Below, in pieces: positions 10,903 to 19,191 of a stretch of DNA of 64,000 bases. Under the pieces are notes generated by a model that saw only the letters and a program-made list of their open reading frames with translations, did no database searches and was not told the DNA's origin. The DNA lies in NCBI GenBank assembly GCA_965208905.1, contig OZ242365.1:224001-288000 (forward strand). Reading direction: 5' to 3'. The position numbers and the translations under genes are program-made. Within the stretch, counting starts at the first letter, position 1. Every line of letters begins with the position of its first letter. The DNA comes from Nitrosopumilaceae archaeon (GTDB lineage Archaea; Thermoproteota; Nitrososphaeria; Nitrososphaerales; Nitrosopumilaceae).

Positions 10903-11067
10903 GCCATTCCCATGTCAAGGTCGTTGCGCAATGTATACGGTAAACTCCCAATTCATTGGGAAGCATCTCCCGTTGTAGGAGAGTCATACATAGAATTACT
11001 AGTAAATTTTGCCTATTTCAGGTATTAGTTCGTATTTGAGCAGGTTTGGCGCGCCCCGGGAGAACGC
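10903..11067. ncRNA. candidate structured RNA of unknown family
   Basis: Several nested hairpins in the intergenic region (CTCCCAAT/TGGGAAG, TCTCC/GGAGA, ATGTAT/ATACAT, GTTCG/TGAGC). Confidence 0.3.
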
Positions 11068-11086
11068 ATTAAAATAATCAATGGTT

Positions 11087-12079
11087 TCACAGCCAATGAG
11101 GCAGTCTTAGGTATTCATCTAGGTTCTCGCCCCGCAACACTCGAAGCAGACCCTGTGCTTGTGGGGTAGACAGGACAGGCATATCAAACTTGTTATCTAT
11201 AGAGATTCGGGGACACGCCACCTGTATGAAAGCATCCACATTGTGAATATTCACGAGTCGGTCGTTGGTTATATCAGTGAGAGCAAACATCTCCACCTCT
11301 TTGCCCAACGACTCTAGTTCTTTTTTAAATTTTAGACCAACAGTTTTAGAGAGCTGCCCCTCTTTTAATCCCACAACAATACCAAATCGCTTAGCCTCGG
11401 CCGCTTTGTATATAGACAGTGTGGCCTTCTTGCGCAACAACTCTGCAAACTCAGATATCTCCCGAACCTCATTAAAATATGGATCAAGCACATATGTGGG
11501 TTTACCAGTGGAGAGTGCAACGCCAGCGGCATGAAAGTTGCTCTGTCCCAGAAATAGATACGAATCCACATCATTACAAAGTGATGTGGCAGGATAAAAT
11601 TCACATCCAAATACTTGTCCATCATTTAATTGCCCCTTGCCAGCGCCGATAACTGTCTTTATGCCGTGTTTTTGGAGAATTTCTACAACCTTCTGTATTT
11701 GGTGCAAATGTTGACTGTCAGTCACCACTGCTACAGTACCTGATTTTAAGAGTTGGGCGCATTTCACTGCCACCGAGTCAAACGAGACATCATCAAAAGC
11801 ATCTACCATTACGGTATTCCCAATAGTATCCATGGATATGGTGTGTCCTATGTTAAAGTGAATACCAGTTCCCAAAGTGCGAGCACTACTCTCATTAATA
11901 TCACAGCTGCCCCAGGTGGTATCAGCTATGACAAATGCAGGTATTCCAAACTTTTTGGTTATGTTTATTGCAGTCTTTTGTACCTGCGCAAGAATACCTT
12001 CAGGTCCGTTCAACGATACCGATTGGGGTCTTTTAGTGGATATTTCACGAAATATGTGCTCCTCATCGATGACTATCAT
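11087..12079 (-). CDS. dph2: diphthamide biosynthesis enzyme Dph2
   Basis: TWGSCD, GQVFGC, VACPRI: the three Fe-S cysteines. Confidence 0.92.
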   Translation of the reverse strand: MIVIDEEHIFREISTKRPQSVSLNGPEGILAQVQKTAINITKKFGIPAFVIADTTWGSCDINESSARTLGTGIHFNIGHTISMDTIGNTVMVDAFDDVSFDSVAVKCAQLLKSGTVAVVTDSQHLHQIQKVVEILQKHGIKTVIGAGKGQLNDGQVFGCEFYPATSLCNDVDSYLFLGQSNFHAAGVALSTGKPTYVLDPYFNEVREISEFAELLRKKATLSIYKAAEAKRFGIVVGLKEGQLSKTVGLKFKKELESLGKEVEMFALTDITNDRLVNIHNVDAFIQVACPRISIDNKFDMPVLSTPQAQGLLRVLRGENLDEYLRLPHWL

Positions 12080-12179
12080 GTAGACACCAATGTTGATTTT
12101 TAATTTAAACTAAGGGTTGAGGACATTAGAATTATACACTAAAGTTCACAGAACTACTTGTCTAGTTGTTTGATCATTA

Positions 12180-12312
12180 GTGACCGCCATGTGTAGCTGA
12201 ACGTCTCGGTTAGAACTAAGCTGTTATAATGCCAAACTTCATCCTCAAAACTCCTATGAAACCGCTCCAACTTGCCATTGGTTTGTGAGTGGCGTGGTCT
12301 TGAGTTTATCAG
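12180..12312 (-). pseudogene. IS481/IS3-type DDE (rve) transposase C-terminal fragment
   Basis: Minus strand reads LINSRPRHSQTNGKLERFHRSFEDEVWHYNS, the P..PQTNGK.ERF..T signature around the catalytic Glu. Confidence 0.75.
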
Positions 12313-12469
12313 TCCCACCCAAGTGAACCAATAAACTATCAGTAGTGTAATGGGTTACTTCCAGTCTTATCAGGAGGCCAGATTAGCTCTGAATAGTCCA
12401 GGTATGCGTAAAATCACCATCAACCGCTTTCTAGAGAACCATATATTGCAATACTGTATAACGAATATC

Positions 12470-13786
12470 ATGCAAGAGATGCATGTGGGTCTTGATGACA
12501 CCGACTCAACAAAGGGTATGTGTACTACATTTTTGGCATATATAATAACAGAGAGACTCTTGAAAGACAGAGTCAAATTCTTGGAGTATCCAAAACTTGT
12601 ACGCCTAAATCCCAATGTACCCTGGAAGACAAGGGGGAATGGCGCCGTTGCACTACACTTTGCAACAGATGATGTAGAGCGCGTACGGCAACACATAACA
12701 GAGATGGTATTATTATATTCGGATTTACAGAATGGTGCAAATCCAGGTGTGGTATTTTTGGAGGGAGACAACATAACTTCACATATGAAAAGATTCAGTC
12801 AAGATGCATTACATAAAATTGTAAAGATATCTGATGCGCAGAGTATAATTAAGCAAGCTGGTGGCGATACACTCTCTTTGGGGACCGGGATGGGAATAAT
12901 CGGAGCTACTGCTGCCATTGCATATGACTTTAGAGACAGTACGGTAGAGATTATCACATATAGGAGAGATACCAACCTTGGGACGCAGCGTCACATAGAT
13001 CCCGACAGCGTACGAATGATGCAAGAGAAGACTTTTCCGTATACGTTCAATAGTTATGATGATGACTCTGGCCATGTATTGATAGCGCCTCGAGGGCCGG
13101 ATCCTGTCTTTTATGGAATAAGAGGAGAATATCCCAACATATTGCATAGGGCATCATCGATGATAATACATAAGGAAAGATTACGAGGACATATGATATT
13201 TCGTACGAATCAAGGTACCGGGGACCACCTGCAACATATCATAAAATCAGATGCAATGGAGCCGCATACATCTGGATGTGTACAAGGAGTGGTATCAAGT
13301 GAACCTCAAATCATACCAGGAGGTCACATGTGCTTTAACATACACAGTAAAGGTATATCCATACCTTGCTGGACATACAAGCCTACAAAACTTCCCCAAA
13401 AGTTATCAGGACTGATCTGTGGGGATCATCTCATTGTGGGCGGTGGCGTCAGGGCGGAATCAGTAGATCACTCCAGATCCATAAATATTGAAAATGTACA
13501 TGTGCAGAGGCTAGCTCCACATATCACATATAGAAATCCTCGTTGTGAAAGATGCAATAAAAGCATGAAATCAAAGGGACGCGGGCAACACTTCTGGTGT
13601 ATACGGTGCGGCGATAAGGCAGAGCACCGCCAACAGGTCTTTATTCCTAGAAAGATATCAGAGGGAGAGTACAGCGCCGTAATGACTGCGCATAGACACC
13701 TAACACGGCCACCTCAAAGACATAACAAGATAAACCGTATAACCTTTGAGCCAAATACAAACTGGGTCGCAGTTTATGAATACTGA
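12470..13786 (+). CDS. tiaS: tRNA(Ile2) 2-agmatinylcytidine synthetase
   Basis: GLDDTDS..GMCTT, LNPNVPWKTRGN, TNQGT, C-terminal Zn ribbon, HLTRP. Confidence 0.93.
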   Translation: MQEMHVGLDDTDSTKGMCTTFLAYIITERLLKDRVKFLEYPKLVRLNPNVPWKTRGNGAVALHFATDDVERVRQHITEMVLLYSDLQNGANPGVVFLEGDNITSHMKRFSQDALHKIVKISDAQSIIKQAGGDTLSLGTGMGIIGATAAIAYDFRDSTVEIITYRRDTNLGTQRHIDPDSVRMMQEKTFPYTFNSYDDDSGHVLIAPRGPDPVFYGIRGEYPNILHRASSMIIHKERLRGHMIFRTNQGTGDHLQHIIKSDAMEPHTSGCVQGVVSSEPQIIPGGHMCFNIHSKGISIPCWTYKPTKLPQKLSGLICGDHLIVGGGVRAESVDHSRSINIENVHVQRLAPHITYRNPRCERCNKSMKSKGRGQHFWCIRCGDKAEHRQQVFIPRKISEGEYSAVMTAHRHLTRPPQRHNKINRITFEPNTNWVAVYEY

Positions 13787-13876
13787 TAGCGGGGAGTAGA
13801 TTTGAACTACTGGTTTGCGGGTTATGAGCCCGCCGGGATGACCTAGTCCATAGTTGTCTGACTTCCCCACCCCGCT
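13787..13876 (-). tRNA. initiator tRNA-Met(CAT) with a ~15-nt insertion/intron in the D-loop
   Basis: AGCGGGG/CCCCGCT acceptor stem (A1-U72), GCGGG-CTCATAA-CCCGC anticodon arm, TTCAAAT T-loop; D-loop is 25 nt. Confidence 0.9.
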
Positions 13877-13904
13877 GATATTAGTGAGATGCACAGATAT
13901 ATCT

Positions 13905-14257
13905 ATTTTTGGAAAACGTCCCAGAGTTACACCATATGCAAAGGGGGATGAGTTCATTTGCGACTGCCGGTCATCCTTGTCTTGTGTCGTTAGTCTCAGA
14001 GTCACCAATGTACGTCTTGCCCGCCTAGATGAGAGTACTGGCTCTTGCGCAAACGCAGGTGTCCCCTGGCTTGCATTATTACACGTCACACCAAAGAACG
14101 ACTGTACATGGAGCATCCCGTTCTCCGGTCAGTGCTTGATGGTTCATGGGGGGCCAATGCAAGAACCATAAGACACAGTATACAATATAGTCGATACACG
14201 GGGGCAGAGTCGCACATATTAGAGATCGGTCCCACTACCACCCGTTTTCAAAATGCC
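13905..14257 (-). mobile_element. possible decayed tnpB/MITE relic
   Basis: Imperfect inverted ends TTTTGGAAAACG / CGTTTTCAAAAT; minus strand carries GGTGTAA near its end like the tnpB right ends, and a frameshifted GV..NNAS remnant. Confidence 0.3.
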
Positions 14258-14367
14258 TCTCCAACCACCAGATGTAACTTGCCAGATATGTTTTAGTGAA
14301 TTACCCAGTGTTTATCACCATCCTAAACATGAGTGGTATATACTTATTGAACACAGCCGCTAATCAT

Positions 14368-15453
14368 ATGGTGGATAAGAGAGTACGTATCGCAGGCATA
14401 ATAGGGGCACTGGCTTTCTCTGCATGGGTACTGACATCACCATCAGATCCCCTACCCATACCAGCACCGTCTGGTGAGGGACCTGAAGACTCTGTAGTCA
14501 TATTGGCAGAAGATTTAGAGAGGCCAAGGCACATAGCTGTAATAGATGATTATGTATTTGTTACAGAGCGGGAAGGGCGTATACGATTGGTGGATAATGG
14601 GACACTACTCGAAAGGCCAGTAGCAGTACTGCGGCCTGTTGAGGACTTTGATATAGGACTCAGTGGCGTTGCAGTGCATCCAAACTATAACGAAAATGGA
14701 TTGTTATACGCATACATATCCTACAGAGAAGATGGCACACTATACAATAAAGTCATGAAGATAACGCTGGTAGAGAATAGATTGGTGGATGCCATACCAA
14801 TTATAGAGCATATACCGGGATCCCGATTCTCCAACGGTGGTGTAGTAAAGTTTGGGCCTGACGGTATGCTATACATAGGAACCGGTACACCTTCAGACTC
14901 ATCCCATCTACCTCAGGATATAGACTCGTTGGCTGGAAAGATACTGCGCATACATGATGATGGAGCCATACCAACAGATAATCCGTATAAAGATTCGCCG
15001 GTATACTCACTTGGTCATCGTAACATCAGAGGCATGGACTGGGACAGTACAGGAAGATTATACATATCCGAAGAGGGTCCTGACAAAAACGATGAGATAA
15101 GCCTCATAACACCCGGTGAAAATTATGGTTGGCCAGAGAGTGAGTGTTATGGTTCAGGTTATGCCAATGCCACAATATGTTATGATCCTGCCATAGAGCC
15201 AGGGGGCATAGCATTCTCAAATGGTGTCGCGGCTACATCAGGTCATCTGTTGTTGGCATCATTACGGGGCGGTGGGCTCTTTGAGATAGACGTAAATGAA
15301 GGTCTATCATCACAAAAAATTCTCTTAAGTGGTGTTGGACGCATTCGGGATGTGGTCCAGAGTGAAGATGGCACAATATACGTGATAACCTCAAATACAG
15401 ATGGTAAAGGATTTCCCGCCGAGAGTGATGATAGACTGCTGATGCTACGATAG
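14368..15453 (+). CDS. PQQ-dependent glucose/sorbosone dehydrogenase family protein
   Basis: GG.VKFGPDG.LYIGTG, GKILRI, GHRN, NYGWP, GRIRDV; N-terminal anchor. Confidence 0.88.
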   Translation: MVDKRVRIAGIIGALAFSAWVLTSPSDPLPIPAPSGEGPEDSVVILAEDLERPRHIAVIDDYVFVTEREGRIRLVDNGTLLERPVAVLRPVEDFDIGLSGVAVHPNYNENGLLYAYISYREDGTLYNKVMKITLVENRLVDAIPIIEHIPGSRFSNGGVVKFGPDGMLYIGTGTPSDSSHLPQDIDSLAGKILRIHDDGAIPTDNPYKDSPVYSLGHRNIRGMDWDSTGRLYISEEGPDKNDEISLITPGENYGWPESECYGSGYANATICYDPAIEPGGIAFSNGVAATSGHLLLASLRGGGLFEIDVNEGLSSQKILLSGVGRIRDVVQSEDGTIYVITSNTDGKGFPAESDDRLLMLR

Positions 15454-15553
15454 CACAGGCCAGATGTGGTCTTGAATTATACTGGACAGTTGTAAAAGAC
15501 AACAGGTCAAGATGGCCTCCAATATCAAGGGGCGCCGGGCGCATACATTATCA

Positions 15554-15578
15554 GGTTCCTCCCGCAAAGTCGGGTGAT
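15554..15578 (+). repeat. left TIR of element 1, GGTTCCTCCCGCAAAGTCGGGTGAT
   Basis: Exact reverse complement of 17145-17169. Confidence 0.95.
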
Positions 15579-15601
15579 GGTTGATGTGTTGTTGGATAGT
15601 G

Positions 15602-15608
15602 TTAAATA
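15602..15608 (+). promoter_or_regulatory. putative TATA box of tnpB-1
   Basis: TTAAATA 19 nt upstream of ATG 15628; the same box precedes tnpB-2. Confidence 0.5.
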
Positions 15609-15627
15609 CGTTATTAAACCGTACTAT

Positions 15628-17145
15628 ATGATGGCTCTTGTAAAAAATAGTAGGGCAATAACACGTACATACACAAAAAATTTGGGTATGCAGTACGTGT
15701 TTGAGCATGTCAGGAAGGTGGCAGAAGTGGCGTACATTATAGCAGATAACACGGGGAAGAATACCTATGGTGTTAACGCATTGATGTATCGTACAATGCG
15801 CGGCCCTGACCCCAAAGTACATTCGTCCATAACGCAGACCGCCATACGGGACGGGGTTGCCGCCCATAACACGTACAATACAAAGACTGCGCAGGGCATG
15901 AAGGTATCTGAGCCCGTGTTTCGCAATCCGGTTGTAAAGTTGAAAAACCAAAATTGGAGGCTGAATCCGATAGCGGGTGGATATATGACTATTGCAAATG
16001 TTGGCTCATCAAAACACCCACATATGATAGCAATTCCCATCTCTTCAGATGTGGTACGCCGCATAGGACAAAATGAGTTGGGCGAGTTGTGGATCACGCC
16101 GACCACATACACCATAACGTATTACAACAAAGTGCCCGAGGTTGACAAGCCCCACCCATACGGCAAGTCAGAGATTATCGAGTTGCTTACGGATGTGGGG
16201 TATGTGGGCGGCACACCAAAGGATGTAATTGGCGTAGATATCAATGAGAAGAACATCACCGTAGGAGATAAAGATACAATGGTACAGTTTGATCTATCCG
16301 ATACGATACAGGCCATTGAAGACGCAAAGACTGAGGATGCAAACAATACGTATACACGTACACATGATAATGCTGTATATGCGGCACGTACCGGAAGGCG
16401 TGTTGTATACAAGAAAGAGGAGGAGCGCAGAGAAAAACAACAAGTTGTGTGTGGCGGTCCCAAGTTACACAGCAAACTCAAACGCAGATACAGAAAACTC
16501 AAGAGGGAGGGCAAACACAAGAGGGCCGCGGAGATAAAGAAGCAGATGAATAAATGCATATTAAACATACAGCATAACCACACAAAGTCAAAGAAGAATG
16601 CTAAAAAGCGCAAGGTGGCCAAAGCCGTGCGCCATCATGAACATGTGCTGAATGTGATGGCACTATGCATCGCACAGTGGGCCGCACAGTCTGGGTGTTT
16701 GGTGGTGTTGGAGGATTTAACCCGCATATCGTATAATTGGCAGAAGGGTGGAAGGTTTGGACGTATGATGCGTCGCAGGTTATATTCTGCCATGATGCGA
16801 AAGGCATCGGATTTAATTTATGAAAAGTCCCGGTTTTTGGGAGTGGAGGCATTACATATGCGTCCACACAACACATCCAAGCTATGTGCTGCGTGCAGAA
16901 CCATACTAACTGGAACTTATCATAGAAAAGACTGCACCCGCTGCCATATAGTTGGCGTAGATCGTGACGTCAACGCAGTGGAGAATATACGGCGAACAAG
17001 TGCCGTATCCCGATATGGTCGTCAGGTTTCGGCCAGTCTGGGCGAAGTCCGTCGTGGTGTGGATGTAATCCTCGATCCCACACCACTCATACAGGGTTGC
17101 TGGAGCAACTGGGCTGACAGACTATCCCGCATAGCGGGGGTGTAA
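15628..17145 (+). CDS. tnpB: TnpB/Cas12f-like RNA-guided nuclease, large form (ORF open from 15574)
   Basis: RuvC-I GVDINEKN, RuvC-II VVLEDL, Zn finger TSKLCAAC...CTRC, RuvC-III DRDVNAVENI. Confidence 0.88.
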   Translation: MMALVKNSRAITRTYTKNLGMQYVFEHVRKVAEVAYIIADNTGKNTYGVNALMYRTMRGPDPKVHSSITQTAIRDGVAAHNTYNTKTAQGMKVSEPVFRNPVVKLKNQNWRLNPIAGGYMTIANVGSSKHPHMIAIPISSDVVRRIGQNELGELWITPTTYTITYYNKVPEVDKPHPYGKSEIIELLTDVGYVGGTPKDVIGVDINEKNITVGDKDTMVQFDLSDTIQAIEDAKTEDANNTYTRTHDNAVYAARTGRRVVYKKEEERREKQQVVCGGPKLHSKLKRRYRKLKREGKHKRAAEIKKQMNKCILNIQHNHTKSKKNAKKRKVAKAVRHHEHVLNVMALCIAQWAAQSGCLVVLEDLTRISYNWQKGGRFGRMMRRRLYSAMMRKASDLIYEKSRFLGVEALHMRPHNTSKLCAACRTILTGTYHRKDCTRCHIVGVDRDVNAVENIRRTSAVSRYGRQVSASLGEVRRGVDVILDPTPLIQGCWSNWADRLSRIAGV

Positions 17146-17169
17146 TCACCCGACTTTGCGGGAGGAACC
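17145..17169 (-). repeat. right TIR of element 1
   Basis: ATCACCCGACTTTGCGGGAGGAACC; overlaps the last base of the tnpB stop codon. Confidence 0.95.
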
Positions 17170-17290
17170 CATTATCAAAGATGTTTGTAATGTATGAATG
17201 AAATTTACATATTTACAAGACCGCCATCGACCAGGCGTCAGCACACATAAAATAACAAATCTGTCATAGAGTTTTAATATAGACAAAAAA

Positions 17291-18457
17291 ATGATAAAAA
17301 GTGTGGAAAGCGTATGTGTTTTGGGTGCGGGAAGTACAAAGTATGGAAAGTTAGATGATAGCATAGTAGACATAACCGTACAGGCATCAGCAGATGCAAT
17401 AAACAGTGCAGGAATAGAGCCTGCCGACATAAAGGCCGGATACATATCCAATGTATTTGGCATAGCAGACAAACAAGTGCATCTAGGACCTGTAATTATG
17501 AGTAACCTTGGTATTTCAGACAGACCATCATTATCCATAGAGTCCGCATGTGGCAGTGGCTCTGTCTCGTTTAGGGAGGCATATGCCAATGTGGCGGCAG
17601 GATTCTACGACTGCCTATTGGTAGCAGGTACAGAGAAGGTCACCCACACCGGTACCGAATGGACTACCACGTACTTTGCATACTGCTCAGACTTCTTCCA
17701 TGAAGGGTCTGCAGGCGCATCGTTCCCAGGACTGTTTGCAGCCATGGCACGTGCCTACCTGACCGAATTTGGCGCCACCGAAGAGGACTTTGCGCAGGTT
17801 GCAGTAAAAAACCACAACAATGGAATACTCAATCCAAAGGCGCATTTGAGAAAGAAGATAACCATAGATGATGTTATGAAATCGGCCGTGGTAGCCAGTC
17901 CGCTCAAGCTGTACGACTGCTGTCCATTCTCAGACGGGGCCAGTGCCGTCATATTATGTACAGAAGAGTTTGCCAAGAAGACAGGCGGCGACTACATAAA
18001 AGTAACAGGATCCGGACGTGGAGGTTCGCCAGCAGCATTGCAGGGACGGGAGCACATTACAACAATTCCCAGTACAGTAATAGCATCAAGATCAGCCTAC
18101 AAGATGGCAGGTATAACTGCCAAAGATGTGGACTTTGCCGAAGTACATGACTGTTTTACAATAGCCGAAATAGTAGATACTGAAGATTTGGGATTCTTTG
18201 AGAAGGGTAAGGGTGTGGAAGCTGCTCGAGAAGGTAGAACCGCACTAAATTCAGACATATCAATAAACCCCTCTGGAGGTCTAAAGTCAAAGGGACATCC
18301 CATTGGTGCTACCGGTGTGGGGCAAGTAGTTGAGATGTATGATCAGTTAACAGGCCAAGCAGGTCCCCGGACCGTACATGATGCACATATAGGACTTACT
18401 CATAACTTTGGAGCCACCGGGGCCAGCTGCGCCGTCCATATCTTTGAAAGTGTTTAA
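17291..18457 (+). CDS. acetyl-CoA C-acetyltransferase (archaeal thiolase)
   Basis: ESACGSG, AEVHDCF, GHPIGATG. Confidence 0.92.
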   Translation: MIKSVESVCVLGAGSTKYGKLDDSIVDITVQASADAINSAGIEPADIKAGYISNVFGIADKQVHLGPVIMSNLGISDRPSLSIESACGSGSVSFREAYANVAAGFYDCLLVAGTEKVTHTGTEWTTTYFAYCSDFFHEGSAGASFPGLFAAMARAYLTEFGATEEDFAQVAVKNHNNGILNPKAHLRKKITIDDVMKSAVVASPLKLYDCCPFSDGASAVILCTEEFAKKTGGDYIKVTGSGRGGSPAALQGREHITTIPSTVIASRSAYKMAGITAKDVDFAEVHDCFTIAEIVDTEDLGFFEKGKGVEAAREGRTALNSDISINPSGGLKSKGHPIGATGVGQVVEMYDQLTGQAGPRTVHDAHIGLTHNFGATGASCAVHIFESV

Positions 18458-18458
18458 A

Positions 18459-18824
18459 ATGTCCACTCGTCAAAAATTTATTGATGCCGCCCAAAGTGGT
18501 AAAGTACTACTATTACAGTGCAAGAGATGTAATACAATGCATACATCTACGGTGTGTTTCTGCAAAAAGTGTGGCTTCTCAAAGTTTGAGGACAAGGTAG
18601 TTCAAGGGATTGGCAAGGTAGTCACATATACCATAATTACTGTTCCACCGGCGGGTTTTGAAGAGTATACACCCTATGCGTTTGTTGTTGTAAACCTTGA
18701 TGATGTAGACCAGCGAATATCTGGGTTCATGGGAGGGATCTCTACACCTGCAGATTTACCAGTGGGGTCTGCAGTCCGTGTATATGGATACGATGAGCGC
18801 GGTCTATTGATAAAGTTTCACTAA
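18459..18824 (+). CDS. DUF35 Zn-ribbon/OB-fold thiolase partner
   Basis: CKRC...CKKC followed by G.VVTYTII.VPP; adjacent to the thiolase. Confidence 0.88.
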   Translation: MSTRQKFIDAAQSGKVLLLQCKRCNTMHTSTVCFCKKCGFSKFEDKVVQGIGKVVTYTIITVPPAGFEEYTPYAFVVVNLDDVDQRISGFMGGISTPADLPVGSAVRVYGYDERGLLIKFH

Positions 18825-18855
18825 CTTTATAAAATGATAAAGGATCATTCCTTGT

Positions 18856-19041
18856 ATGGTAATCGATGTTTATTGTGGAAAGTGCAATACAAAAATAGGA
18901 TCAACAAATATACTAAAGCCCATCAAGCAGATATCTGGAGTCGAAGATGGAAAGTGTCCATCCTGCGGACATAAAGTATCACTGTCAAACTTCACATTGG
19001 ATGTAGTAAAGTCCACCTCCAAGTATGGCTCTCTAGAGTAA
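18856..19041 (+). CDS. small zinc-ribbon protein
   Basis: CGKC and CPSC pairs in 61 aa. Confidence 0.6.
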   Translation: MVIDVYCGKCNTKIGSTNILKPIKQISGVEDGKCPSCGHKVSLSNFTLDVVKSTSKYGSLE

Positions 19042-19191
19042 CATGTGATATAATGGGCCATACATCTCATACACCACACAAGATATCGGCTACATCTAAG
19101 GAATCATCATTTTCTAATGTTATAATAATCACCAATCTCTACAAAATGAGTAGAACCTAACTATTAATTACAACTTTGATGTAACCAGTCC

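Larger units (their letters stand above)
15554..17169 (+). mobile_element. non-autonomous TIR/TSD transposon carrying tnpB (element 1)
   Basis: Perfect 25-bp TIRs at 15554-15578 and 17145-17169; exact 8-bp direct repeat CATTATCA at 15546-15553 and 17170-17177; no transposase inside. Confidence 0.92.

Noticed and set aside
15445-17589. Antisense ORFs over element 1 and the thiolase (15445-15951, 15765-16115, 16122-16622, 17146-17589)
   Set aside because: Shadow frames; the recurring 'PTLREEP' is just the translated TIR.
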